A DNA stretch of 61,124 bases, filler included, from Catajapyx aquilonaris (lineage: Eukaryota), in NCBI GenBank assembly GCA_000934665.2. It is 2 parts of 2 records of this genome, joined end to end, with 100 filler letters (N's around TTAATTAATTAA, not from the genome) between each part and the next. Parts side by side here need not be neighbours in the genome. Positions count along the whole stretch, not along the records: positions 1 to 30,557 come from KZ539184.1; 1 more part is not named here. One strand, given 5' to 3'. The notes under the pieces are model-generated. The model had not been told where the DNA came from and searched no databases. It worked only from the letters and a program-made list of their open reading frames with translations. Positions 11,331-24,980 of the stretch are shown here, piece by piece. Position numbers and translations under genes: made by a program. Position 1 is the stretch's first letter; each line of letters starts with the position of its first letter.

Positions 11331-14300
11331 ACGTGGATACCGGCTTTAAGAATCTCTCACAATGACTATTTTATTTACCCTCTCTGTATAGTACTGTGCA
11401 TTCCCATACTCCACAGAAACGCAATCTATGAAGCAACCACTCAAAAAAATGACCCTTCCCGCCCCACTGTCGGCAATACATAAATCTCCAGGATCACCCC
11501 CTGAAACGGCATAGATGACCATCACGATATCCCGGCGGCAGACGCGTGCAGATAGATCGCAATCTACGCGTAACAGATTTGACAAACACTCCTTATCATC
11601 GGTGTTGAGGAACAAACCCCGAGGCCCGTGAAAAGGGTCCTCCTCCTCCTCCTGGCAGACTGGCCTGTTCCCCCCCNCCCAAATACCATCCGGCAGCCGG
11701 GCCTTATTATTGCAATGAGGCCATGTGCATGTGGGTGTGTGCAAAAGTTCGTTACTAGCAAAAGGGGCGTTGGTGGAGTCGGTTGTAACGGTCGTATACC
11801 GGGAGGGGGTTCTGGGTCTTTTAACACAGCAGCTGCCGGCAGTGTGTCACGTGCCAGCCCGTTTTGTTTGGGTGGCCTGGCCATGAGATCAGAGAAGGAG
11901 GAGGGGGAATTGGGGTTAGGGGGAGGTAAAGAAGGGGAGGGCCAGTCGAAAATTAAATCCCTGGCTGGGTTGTTACTACTTGAGCGGTGTAGTAGGAATC
12001 AAGAGAAAATCGGGGGAGTGAGTCAGGCCAGACGGGGGTTTGGGATTTTCCGGTGCCACGTGGCAACCCGAGTATAGTAATCCTTTTGGCAAAGAGGGTT
12101 GGATGAGATGAAAGGAGCCGGGATTACTACCAAAGGGGTCTAAACACCCAAAAAGTGTTTGCGGGGGGGAACTTCCCCTTCCGATCTCGCCGTGGGAAAA
12201 AATGCAAATTTCGCTATCCATGAAAGCGAATTATTTACAGTACAAAATACGTCAATAAGAGAAAGGGGGAGTCATGTATCGACCTCTTGTTGCAGAACTT
12301 CCATTGTAAATTCCTCAAATCCCTTTGGCTGTGCGGGTGTTACTCTATTTAGCTGAAGTCGACGCCAAATCCTGCCTGTTTGCACTATTCAGAGATAATG
12401 GATGCTTACAGTATAGGCCTGTGATGAGATGGTTGCAACAGCATTCTCTGGCAATTATTTTACGTTTTGCTTAACACGATTAGCTCCTTTCATTATTTAA
12501 TCGGGTATAACCAGGACAATATGAAGGATGATATTGGCTCCTGGACAGGTCATTTTTTATATAGCCTTTCTCCCCTCCTACATTATGTAAATTAAGAATG
12601 ACAAGTAGTGTCAGGGGAAGTACCCTCGTATGGTTCTGATGAATTGCTCATATCAGAAATGAACTTATATAGTTATCAGCCTTTAAAAATTGGCCAATTA
12701 TATCCTGGCACTAGCACTCCGGCATGATGAAGTTAGTGAAAAAGCCTTCACACATTGACTGTGATGATACTAAGATGACGCTAAGATACCGTATTTTTAC
12801 AGCCCAGTATGATCTTTAGCTTGGGGCGAGAAGTGGGGTCCGTATCCACTTCCTAGATGGGGCCCATTCATTGCTCAATTATACAAGGTGGTCAGTAACT
12901 ATCGCATAATGGATGGGTAAAGGGATTCCTTGACCTATTCTAAGTCCAAAACGTTCTACATAATTTTTGGCTGGGAGGCCTCATTACGGTGTGCGGTGGC
13001 AATTAAGTTTTGGTGACGTCCCCAGGTGAATTATGGCCAAATCCTGTTGGATAGACACCTCATCTACCATGGGTGCTAGGGGGCTGCATAATTAGCAGGA
13101 TATTCACTACCATTCAGGTGCCGGTGATGTCCCCAAAATGTAATTACTGTTGTTGTCAACAATAAATTTTTTAAAACCTTTCTGGCTCTTTTCCAGACGA
13201 ATAATGTTTTCCGGCTGCTCTGTAAGCTAAGAAAGGATTTTCTCCTAGCCTAAAACCAGCAGTTCCTGAAGTATGCCACAGGGCGGTGGGGTTAGGGTAG
13301 TTTAGTTGTCCTCCCACCTTTTCCGTATGCCATACACAGTGTATAACCCCACCTCCTCAGGCGCGGAATAAAGCTATGTTCCTATTGTTCAGACAATATG
13401 TGCCTGATCAGGCTGAAGAGCTGTGCCCAGGTGAGTTCACCTGGGTAACCTGGGTGCTCACCCTCCCTGTCCCATCACGAGTCAGAAAGAGGCAAGGGAG
13501 TGGGCACTAAGGCTGGTTGACTTCCCCCAGCTCCCCTCATATGAGTAATTAAATTCTATCATCAAGTCTTATACGACCAGTACGTCAGTTAGAAGGCAAG
13601 GCACCTGTCTTCATAAACCAACGACAACCAACCGACTTGTCCATCCACCACACGACATCCACTTCCCCTCAAGCTGGGACCCAGAAGGTGGAGGTGGCCT
13701 GTGCTAGAGAGTGACGGCGAAGAAGTTAGAATGGATACACCTTGCCCAGAGAAAGAGAACAGTGGGAACATGGCTCAACTCATATGGAACAAGGGGAAAG
13801 GGGTTGACATGACCCGGAGCCATCGCGGAGAATAGCTATATATCAGGGGGGATCGGGACAGGGAAAGGGCATTGTGAACGGACCTGTGGCAGTCACATCC
13901 CTCCCGCTGCAAAAATAATCAAAGAACAAGCAGAAAAAAACAGTCATTCACTCAATATGTAGGCTTTACGACAAATTCTCATAGCCTATATAAATTACCA
14001 TGCGAAACCACTGATAGTATGTTCATAGCATCGGCTGGTGTACAGTAATAATTTTTGTGATTCCTCCTTTCCTTATTTGTTATATATTTTAATATTAACC
14101 ACTACCGTATTGAATGTATGTGTATATTCAAAGGCTGTGTGTGGATCTCGGTGTGGAGGGACAAAACAAATCTCAGATTAGAATAAGTGAAATGGAAACT
14201 GGTGGTTATTAATCATATTTAATCCTTGCTCAAAGAGTGAGGGTGAAGGTTGTGTTTAATCGCAAAAGTTCTGCAGTGAGTTACAGGATCATAAAACCCT

Positions 14301-14498
14301 CGAAAATGGTCACTGACTGATGGGGAAAGCCAGCAGGTCTGTGTTCACTCCATTTGTTTCCTTTCTAACATGATGTACTTTTCGGACGGACGGTATAAGG
14401 AATTCGCATAGTTTCAAAATAGATTCACGCTATTCACAAACACTATTTTTCTGCCGAAATGCCTGGAATAAAAGCAAGGACATTAGAGAAGATGAGGC

Positions 14499-14604
14499 GT
14501 GGAATTTTCGTCCCACTGCTAGTCACTGCTAACTTAGCAGTACCAGTGATGGGGATGGTTACTGCTAAGTTAACAGTGACTAGCAGTGGGACGAAAATTC
14601 CACC
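14499..14604. mobile_element. Hairpin MITE (~105 bp)
   Basis: GTGGAATTTTCGTCCCACTGCTAGTCACTGCTAACTTAGCAGTA mirrored almost perfectly. Confidence 0.75.
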
Positions 14605-17600
14605 CTATATGTGTATCTTTTTTATTTCACTTATTTATTGATGGAATGGAGGAGGTGGGAGCAACTAATTTACAAGAGTGACACCGACACGCTGATATAT
14701 ATCCAACGCTAATATCCGCTTCATTTCACAGACGACTCCTATAACTCTGTTGGTGTAAATATGTCCAATAAATTTGCGTAACAGCAGGCAGTGATGCGGC
14801 AGAGCAAAATGACGCAAGTGACGAAGAATGAGCATTCCTTATTGCTAGGCAACCAGGAGGTTCAGAGCCCTGCCTAGCTATAATAACGAATATGATGCTG
14901 TTTCTGGTTGGCATCCCACAAGCAGCTGCCTGGCAAACAAGCTATGTAAACAACATTCAATTTACTGACGTATTCGAGGAGCGGTCGGCGCTTTCTACCC
15001 TCCATGAAAAATATGGTGATAATATAAGCCACAAGCAATAAAAGGCAACATTGCTTCTCCCCCTTCATTCTTATCTTGCGGGACACTATCAGTCTCCGCA
15101 AGACCTTTTATTGTTATAATTGATATTGCCCAGTTGTAATTTAAACAATGGGTCTGAAAAAAGTAACAATTATTCTTCACTAGTTTCTTGACATTCCAGT
15201 TACGTCTAGTGCTTTCAGAAATAGTAGAATGGAGGGCGGAAGATGCCGGCGCGGCGTGACGGACATTGATGTGGGGTTAGGGAGGAGCTCTGCTGAGGGT
15301 GACATCATCCACACAAGTCGCAATAAAACTCTAGTAATAAAAATTTTTACCGATAATTTTATTGAACTAATATCCTGTCTCTCACCGGATTTCTAGTACA
15401 GAATGTACTGTATTAGAGTAGGCTTATAACTGACCGAGTCGTGACAGCTTGTCAAAACTGTCATACAGTGAGTTCCTGTTGAAGTGCCCGTGGTGGTTAT
15501 CAATTTTCTCTCACTAAGCTGCTTATTATTATACATCAGTAACTATCAAATTGTTATTTTTATGGACAGGGTATTCCAAATTCGTGGGTCGTTTTTTTGT
15601 AACTGATATCGCCAAATAGTAGTTATTTCTTGTAGCTTGTTGTGCCCCTAACCAGGTGCCCCATTCTATAACAACTGCTATATTCGAAAAACTACCCCGG
15701 AAAATACTGCATTTCATTTTAATATTAGTCTAAATGGATTCAACCCTTCAGGCCATACAGCTTATATGAACTTCCCTAAACTTCCCGGAATTAGTTGAAA
15801 AGAGGCAGTCAATCAACATAATACCAGCAGGTAATTCATAATCTCTAAAAGTAATTCTTCCAAAGCACCTATGAAAATATACGCAGTGCGAAGTAATCGT
15901 TAACTACAGTACTACTGCACTGCCATTGAAATACATTGCAATGCGTAGGCTCTCTAAAGATAATCACTAAGTAGGCCTACTCAGAATGAGTATCAAATAC
16001 ATAAGAAGCTTATTGGGGAGCGAAAATGCTGGCCCCGGAGTGCTGCAACATTGGGTATTTCCCACAGTTTTTTTTCCCACCATAACTATCAGGTACTAAC
16101 TTCCAAGAAACTTTCCCAGTAATGCTGAGAAGGAAATCATAAGGTATGAACACATTTATAGAAAAGACATGCCATCAGAGTGTCTTGATTGTAGCCAAGG
16201 TCAGCCAGAACTCCAGGTCAATCTTCCAGGATATTCGTTGGCCCAATTTACATGCCTAAACACCAACCTTTGTAGCAGATATTTCGGTGACATTTCCATC
16301 GACTAGGCCACTGCCTGCTACAGCTAATCAGATTGCAATTTACATTAAAAGTGAAAGATTACATTTAAATTTATATTTAAAATGCGAGGTCTATTGGAGG
16401 TATGCATACCTGCCAGGATATTAATATTTTATGCCTTATATTTGCCACTCACCTCGGTAACGAAGGGCTCCACCTGGCGAAATGCTTCTTCATATAGTGA
16501 TCCTCTGCTCCACACGGGTGCACCTACAAGTGGAAGAGTGACTGTATTATTACCAAACATTCTGTACAGCGTAATAAATACGGAAATTGTAACGAGTTTA
16601 CCTGCTGTTGCATTCAACTGCATTTACCCTTGCTGTGCAACAGTTTAAAAAATATATACTGGAAATTTCATCGTTACGAAAGTAACCATAAATTAAGAAC
16701 GTTACAATAATTACTTTAAAGCGTTCATAATTTTAGGATAATAGAAATTGCAACTCTGTTACTCTCTATTGTGTTTGTCATATTATTCGAGATCCTCAAT
16801 GTAGAATGCAAGGCAGCAGGAAGGGAAGGGAAAAAAAGATATGGTACTGTAGCTTGCCAAAGCACAAAAAAGCACAGTAAATCCTAATTTCGCTGCGAAA
16901 AAAAGGAACACCAACTATATAAATATCCACATGACTGTAGACTTTTGTGCACAAGAGCTGCAAAATAATTTTTCCATGTAAAAACCTACAAGCCTTCAGG
17001 CCTATCTCGATGAGTAAAAATTCCATTATGCGGACCAAAATTGCAAAAATCCCTTCAGCTGTTCACATTAGGCCACTTCTGTTCAGGATATTACTTGAAT
17101 ACGACAAAGTATCATGCAAAACACAGGCATTATAATGCGCACTGTAGTAGTATCATACAATGATAGTGAAATGTCCATTCATGTTGACGCTTCGCGTGTC
17201 AATACCGGTACATATAGTTTATAGGTAGTTTCTGAGAACCTATCTCATCAACCGGTCATTCGCTGCATGTTGGCACAAATATTAATTTTGTCAATATTCC
17301 GTAATAGCCTTCGAGAACCAATTCCGTATACAAGTTTAACATTTTAGCTGTCACAAAGTCGGTGACGGAATAAATAGGAAATGACAGTGACAAACCACGT
17401 CAGCATATGGAATAGGCAGAGAAGCAAAAAAACACAAAAAAAACATGCTGTCGAAAATGAAAAACTGCCCATCCTGATTGTGCCTTCCCCCCCCCTCCCT
17501 CTCATACCGGCAAGTTATTTTAACTTTTACCTGCTTTTATCTATTTGGATCACATTCCATCATGCAGGCACGTCAATAATGTGTAATGGCCAACCCCAGC

Positions 17601-18869
17601 CTTACAAATGGATCTATGAAGGCATGTCGCTCATCATAAGCAGCAATTGCATTTTTAACGCCTGATCATTTTCGATCTATTTTCAATATTACGTGAAAAA
17701 ACTGAGCGGTAAAAAATAGGATGATCTGTGAAGCTGCTTTTGTAAATCCCCAAGAGATGTCAGGAGTGCGCAACTCTCTGCAATTCTTCTATCCCGCCAT
17801 GCTTATCACCATGTGGCTCCACCTTTTTCTACCAAAGGAACTACGACAGAGAAGGTTATCAGAACGATTTTTCATTACATTATTTTGTAGCCTACTAAAC
17901 GAATTCTGATCTGCATTATTCGTACGAATAGGGCCCGCTGATACGTAATCATGTGTCAAAGTAAGGCTTTTATCAGCCTTTTTTTTTTGGATATCCAATT
18001 TAGATATATCACTGCTGACCAAAATTGCTGTTCTTTTTTGCATGTTCGCAGCGGCTCAGCCGTTATTTTCTGGATCATACGCCCATCTGGGGCCTTTTTT
18101 TCTTGCTAAAGAAGCAAAACAAATCAGTCGCATGTAACAAATAAGTACAGTACCTTTTCATCTGAACTGCAGTTAAAAATGCATTATATGCTTGTTTTGT
18201 TGCAGGTAGTAGGCCTAATTGAAAGAAAAATAATGTTGAGTTGGTTAATATTGAGGTAGCGTGTGGATTTATCTGGTGGACCTATAGCTCAGGCTTGTTT
18301 GGAGTTATTGTTAAATGAGATTAGTGTAACTTTTAAGCGCTTCCATTGTTTGATTTAGTTACGACTGTGCTATCGCCTTTTTGCTTTGTCACGCCCAAGC
18401 CACATTTCCCGAATTCGAAACGGCTATGCAATAAAGTGTTTTTCCTGTGTTTCCCTTTCCTATTCCAAAACTCTCTCCTGCCATTCAACACATATATTCA
18501 GTCAGTATTCGCACAGCCCTGCGAATTCCACGGACAGTCTCTGATCCCCTCCAGCAAAAGTGGGCTAACGCACCACCATTCTAATTCGGTTCTCCTTTGG
18601 TGTTGTCAGAGGGATGGGCTCTCCGAGATGGACATTCAAAATGAGCAGTATAGCCTAATTTCATATGTCACAAAAGCAACTGCTGTACTGTACGTCCGGA
18701 CGCTAGACCCCCGGGTTTAACTATCCAAATCCAGTGTCACACAGATTGAGTCTTCGAGGAGTTATATATTCTTCAGTGACCCTCCAGACATTTCTTTTTA
18801 GTCAGTCATTCTGTGTCGAACTTTCATCCTATAAGTCCAGGTGGTCGAATATAGTAGTTGCTATACAGG

Positions 18870-19410
18870 TTTCGGTCGCTTTGGGGGATGGTAGAAGGGT
18901 TCCAGGCGATCATTTTAAGTACAAGTACTGTACTATAGGGTTCAAATACTTTTGGCCACTTTATCCTGGTCTTGAAGCAACCCTTCGCACAGACCCCACG
19001 TCAAGGAGGTGTGTGTGTGTGAAGGGTTGCTTCAAGACCAGGATAAAGTGGCCAAAAGTATTTGAATCTGATAGTACGTATCGTGGGTCTCCGAAGCATA
19101 GTTACATAGACAATTGGCGTCAAACACAAGGTGTAAAATATCCTGCACGTATGCGTCCCTCCACACGACCTTACCTTTTCGCTTAAATTTTAGGTGTTAT
19201 CATGCAATTTAAATTTAATATAGGATCCCATTAGGCGTAGAAGGCAATGGCCTAGGCGATGGAAGTATCGCAGGCTGTATCCGAGACATAGAAGATGCTA
19301 TAATGCACTTTTCATTTAATGCTAATTTTCTTGGTAACTATGCTTCGGATACACATGATGCCTATACTTAAAATGATCGCTTAGAACCCTCTAACATTTC
19401 CCAAAGCGAC
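18870..19410. mobile_element. TIR element containing a nested Tc1-type hairpin MITE (~18937-19070)
   Basis: Outer GTCGCTTTGGG...GCGATCATTTTAAGTA / TACTTAAAATGATCGC...CCCAAAGCGAC; inner TTCAAATACTTTTGGCCACTTTATCCTGGTCTTGAAGCAACCCTTC mirrored. Confidence 0.7.
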
Positions 19411-22269
19411 GCGACGGTACGTTAAGTTTCCGCACTCTGTATAATAGGGCACCTGGATCGAGGCGCAACAAGCTACAAAAAAATAACAACTTCGGGCAAT
19501 ATTAGTGATAAGTCAAGTGACCTACGAACTTGGAACTCCCTGTATATAAAAATAACAAAACCATAACTAAATCTACCCGCATACTTGGAATACTCTGTAT
19601 ATAGGCTACAATAGTTTGCAAGTTATTCATAAAATTAATCAAGTTTACATCTCACAGCCATCTGTTGATATGGTCACTGGAAAGAGAAGAGGTATAGAAC
19701 TGGACAAAGAACGCGGCACTGCTGTATAAGAAAGGAAGGCAAGTCAGAAACATAAAATGGTATGGTATGAATCAAGCCTATTCTTAAGGTAACTGTCAAT
19801 TTTCATGCGAACATCTGCTCTTATTCTAGGCTTCCCTCCTACCACAGGACATGCAGGTACCGAAAACCTTCAAAATGATGATTAGCTTGTACATGCAAAA
19901 TGGTGAAGGCGGTGAAACAGAAGGAAATTCTTGGACCTTTTGCATGCAATCACAAAATTTTCCCTAAAAAGAAAACCCATGGGTATGTGAACAAAAATGC
20001 ACATGCTTCTAAAGTAGATGTTGCAAGAGAAGATAATGGTGCACGTTTGCCAGTAGGAACTGAGATGAAATATTAATTTAATATTTTAAAAAAACTGGCC
20101 TACAACAATAAAAATAGGGAGAACTAAGTAAACCTGGAAATACCAGTGCTGCCTGGACGTACTTTAATAAATCAAAACCAAAGATATTAAATCTTCATCC
20201 CGTTCTTTCTTACATTATGAAGACGTTTTAGCATCGAAGGAACTTTGGCCAAGACATGGCCTCTGGCAAAATTGTAGAATCGACGGTTTCCTTGATAACC
20301 TACTGATTTGCACTGTGAGAGCTACGACGAGTCCTTAACCCTGTATTGCACACATTTATGATTTTGGGATTTAAACATTCTAACCTCTAACGCTTTATTT
20401 CATCATAGGCGACGTAAGGATGGTTTTTATCATGATTTGGTCATCTGTGACCCAATGACTTTGAAGTTACATGGGTTGAGTCAAAAGTCATGGGGGGTAT
20501 TTTCCCCCTCAAAAACAGCAACACATACAGAGATGACCTTTGCTCAGTTTTGAAGCTTTGTCGATTACGATTTGATATGATATCTAGATGGCGCCCAAAT
20601 CGCGAGGGAGGCGGGGAAACGAAAGGTGATCGTGACCCCCACCATTCCACTATCGCATGAGCGCCACAGGTATGGGTCCTTAGCAGCCCTAAGAATTTTT
20701 CCTTGTCGAACAGTGTAATATGGGAAAAGTACCACCAACATGTGTATTGTGTAAGAGAGAGGTCAGTTACACTTACACAAAAAAAAAAAAATCGGTTCTG
20801 CTGTTGTTAGTTAGCGAGAATTTTACCCCCAAATTTTCTTGATCCCCCTCCTTATGGCGTTTGCACAATGTAATAAGCTTATAGTTGCTCTCAATACACG
20901 ATGGGCGGTACATAATTAAGTTGGCGCGCTAATAAAGATATGGACATGTGGTATTTTCATTGCATGGAAGACGGTGCAAAGCTCCTTCCGGTCTTGGGAG
21001 TGATTCTTATCAGCCGATAATAATTGATGGATTGGAAATAGGAAACGCATTTTCCAATTGACGCCACAGGGACTTTGCGGTGGAGTCGGATATTGGAATT
21101 TTGGAGACACGGTGCTCAGGCAGCATCCATTATCACTTCCCTGACAAATATGCTCGTCATTTAGGTTGATTTTAATACAGGTAAGATTAAAACAACGAGA
21201 CACTGCAAGCCAAAGGTATCGAGTTTATATGAATATCCCTATCAGATGTTAATGCTTCATTGACAGAAATGAAAAAATAATTACGCAGTAATGAAATTTC
21301 CCAAGAAATTTGTTTCCCGGTGTAACATACCCATTGCTTTTGGGAATTATGTTAGTGAGGATTTAAAAAAATAATCTGGCTATTACTTGCAGCGCTCTCT
21401 CATCCAATTAAAGAGCCAGAATTTTGAACACTTTTTCCCCCATGGCATTTAAAACCTTGGCCATACATTCAGGTCAGTAATATTTCCCATATTTTCTCGT
21501 CATCCACGAGCAGTTTAAAAATGTTACTTAATTTCAGTTAGCAGAAATTGTGAAAGAAACAAACCTTATTATTATTGTTTTGGTGCATTTTGATCATATT
21601 TCAAAACTGGACAAGATGCACAATAATTATAAAATCAACATAACTTAGGTGTACGAGGTCCAACAATTGTCTGTTGACCTGAATATACTGTCCAAGGTCA
21701 TAAAATACTGGCTGCTGCACGCCCTTATTCAGACCACAACAGGTCTCGCTCATATTATTATAACACATGACAGAAGCTGTCACTCCCGTGCAGTCCCTGC
21801 AACTCCTACCCCAGCCTTATAGATCCCAATGACCTTAGTGCTCCCCACCTGTAGGGAGGGGGGTTGCCGATTAGGCGCCGGTGCGGTGTAGTACTGCAAC
21901 AAGCGACGATGGCGATCCTGGTGGACGAAGCCTCCCAAACCCCCAATTCAAATATTTTTTCCAATGCCATGAGACTTCAAAGCATGAATATTACCATTAT
22001 TTACTCTTGATATTACCAAATGCAAACCACTCGCACTCGACTCCTGGCCACTCCAACTTGTACTTGTAATACTCCCCCTGGCGCACTTATTTCCCCAACA
22101 TAATAATGCCCATGTCTTGATGAAGACTGGTTTATGTCGATGAGGTAACGCCCCCCCCCCCCCCCCCNNNNNNNNNNNNNNNNNNNNNNNNNNNNNNNNN
22201 NNNNNNNNNNNNNNNNNNNNNNNNNNNNNNNNNNNNNNNNNNNNNNNNNNNNNNNNNNNNNNNNNNNNN

Positions 22270-22570
22270 GAGCCCTGTACCAAATCGCATTCGGGCGGAC
22301 GACTTCTGAACCGTACTGAACCTACGTAATTGTGAATTCCCATTCAGCCCTTGTTTGCAGATCCACAGCACCAGTAACCCGAATGCGATTTGAACCGGTC
22401 CAAATCGCATTCGGGTGGCTGGTGCTGTGGATCTGCAAACAAGGGCTGAATGGGAATTCACAATTACGTAGGTTCAGTACGGTTCAGAAGTCGTCCGCCC
22501 GAATGCGATTTGGTATAGGGCTCCACATCCGCTAAGCGCACGCAAAAAGAGAGGGAGTTGCGGGGAGCTG
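22270..22570. mobile_element. Palindromic MITE copy 1 (left end in gap)
   Basis: Self-complementary around ~22397; TACCAAATCGCATTCGGGCGGACGACTTCTGAAC motif; end GAGGGAGTTGCGGGGAGCT. Confidence 0.8.
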
Positions 22571-23214
22571 GCTACAAACATACTGGTATAGGCTCCAATC
22601 ACTTCCTGGCTCCGATACGTTATGGGAGCAAATGAAAAGCCCGTATCTCCTCCTGTGAGGTACAGTAATATATTACCCTCGGAATGTGGGTATATGGTGT
22701 ACAGTATTTGCCATAGGTCGCTCTTTATGTCCCTTCCGTTGCGAAGTACTTCACTTACTTTGCTGTGCGGACAGTCCACTTTATCTTCAACAGACAATCA
22801 AGTCAGTAAGATAATTTTGTTAATTTTTTGCAAAATATTAACAGCGATAAAAAGAAAATAATGATCTGCAAAAAAAAGAAATACAGGAAAAAACCATTCT
22901 TCATATAAATAAAAAACCTCTGTATCTAGTATCTATCTGAATTATTATTATTTACTATCCTGACCCATGACATCTTAGTGTTACCACAGATGTAAGGGCC
23001 CAGTTTCAGTAATTAAAAATTATTAATTAGTACCATTGTAAAAGACACATTATTTTATTATATTTTCTCGTAAGATAAATTTCAACTATTTTACATACAC
23101 CAAAATTAATATTGTCCCTCATATAATCTTTAACATAAATCCATGCAGCACTGTCAAAATCACACACATATTTAAATTCCATCTTGAACTGTGTCCGAGT
23201 TGCCTGTTCATATC

Positions 23215-23337
23215 TTACATCACCACACATTGATCAGCTGGCACCCCAGGAACCTTTGGAATGGAGAAATCTGTGGGAAGAGATAATGGACCAGCATCGC
23301 CCACTATCTCCTTTGGAGGCTGCCCATATTCCTGCAT
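23215..23337 (-). CDS. PEX19: PEX19 terminal coding exon with farnesylation CaaX box
   Basis: Acceptor TTTTTCAG|; MQEYGQPPKEIVGDAGPLSLPTDFSIPKVPGVPADQCVVM-stop; MQxxGxPPKE motif and C-terminal CVVM. Confidence 0.93.
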   Translation of the reverse strand: MQEYGQPPKEIVGDAGPLSLPTDFSIPKVPGVPADQCVVM

Positions 23338-23613
23338 CTGAAAAACCAGAATCCTTAGGATTCATATATATATATATATAACACCCTCTGAGAAGTTACT
23401 CAAGAACTTTTATTTTAAGAGAGATAATTTCTGTTAATTGTAATATGGATCTTGCACTACAATCGCAAAATGTTTTCAGTACAATGCTGAATCTAATTAT
23501 GAAAGTGTAGCAGACAGTGGGATCTGGACAAGGTTGCAAGTAATTTGAGGAACAATCATTCAAAGGCTTTAGTAAGGTCAAGAGGGTAAAGTCTCCTTTA
23601 CCAATGGTCCATC

Positions 23614-24014
23614 CAGCTCCCCGCAACTCCCTCTTTTCCAGTGCTCTTAGCAAGTCCCCTATCCCCGGATGTGGAGTCCCGCATACTCCGATGTGGAGCC
23701 CTGTACGGCTGTACCAAATCGCACTCGGGCGGACGACTTCTGAACCGTCTTGGACTTATCTAAAGCGTGAAATCCTATTCAGTTCTAGTTTGCAGATCCA
23801 CAGCACCAGCCATGCGATTTGGACCGGTCCAAATCGCATTCGGGTGGATGGTGGGCGAATCTGTAGACGGGGGTTGAATGGGAATTGACAGTTTAGGTAG
23901 GTTCAGAAACGTTCAGAAGTTGTCCGCCCGAATACGATTTGGTACAGTGCGCCACATCCGGGGATGCGGAGACTCGTTAAGAGCATGCAAAAGACGAGGG
24001 AGTTGCGGGGGGCT
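23614..24014. mobile_element. Palindromic MITE copy 2, in the last PEX19 intron
   Basis: TIR AGCTCCCCGCAACTCCCTC / GAGGGAGTTGCGGGGGGCT; same internal motifs as copy 1. Confidence 0.8.
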
Positions 24015-24582
24015 ACTTTAACCTTTAACCCATAACACAAGCACCTTAGCTTATGAAGTTATATTTTTCCGTTACACATCACTTCCTTGATATATGTTAA
24101 TTGTTAACATTAGTATCAATTTATCATTATTAAAAATCAATGTTTATGAAAGCTTGTTGAATAAAATATTGTTTTATCAGTGGGATACTGACAAAGATAA
24201 GAGATTAGGGACCCAGGATGTATCAAATGGGTCAATCCATGTCAAGTCAAATCACCCTCAAGATCCAATCAGCTAGAATTTTAACGAAATTCTGTATGTA
24301 CCAAGGTACCAAAGATCAAATAATAGAAATGAATGATCAGTTTTTATTTTCATGGAAACCATCCAGTAATGCACAGGAAGAAACATATTCCACCAGCAAA
24401 TGATTTTTATGTAACCTGCATTATTTTGTAACTTGGTATTTGTAAGCTCTGCGAGATGCATGCTTCCTCAGGTCAAATCTTCAGTGGTCTGTGCAGGCAT
24501 GGCATTTTGGCATGGGAAACTAGCAGTGGAACCCCTTCTTCGCACAGGAATTGATGAATGAATTGAATGAAGTTCATAAATT

Positions 24583-24693
24583 ATGTACTATATCGCTCAA
24601 AAACATAAGAGACGATTTTGCATTTGATTCAAGTGCAGGCTGCACTTGAGTCTAATGCAAATCGTCTCTATGTTTTTGAGCTATATAGTACAT
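24583..24693. mobile_element. Hairpin MITE
   Basis: ATGTACTATATCGCTCAAAAACATA...TCAAGTGCAG-G-CTGCACTTGA...TATGTTTTTGAGCTATATAGTACAT. Confidence 0.7.
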
Positions 24694-24929
24694 TCAGTGA
24701 GCTAAGTGAGACGGTCTGTAAATGATTTTTGCTCACGGAAGTTCTCACATGAGAAAGACCAGTTGTGGCCACAGCTTCTCAGGTGAATCCAGTTTCGATG
24801 ATTTCTCTGTATTTTTGTGGGGTTTCTCGTGGTTTTCCCGCATCAAAATCCATCACAGTGCAATGAATGAATTTAAGAGGGAAACAGTATTTAAATTTTA
24901 AAAGATGATCGTTAAAATCATCACAGGGA

Positions 24930-24980
<51 letters not shown>

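Noticed and set aside
22474..22861. 107-aa and 79-aa ORFs downstream of PEX19
   Set aside because: No recognisable family; the longer one has a non-ATG start and runs into a MITE
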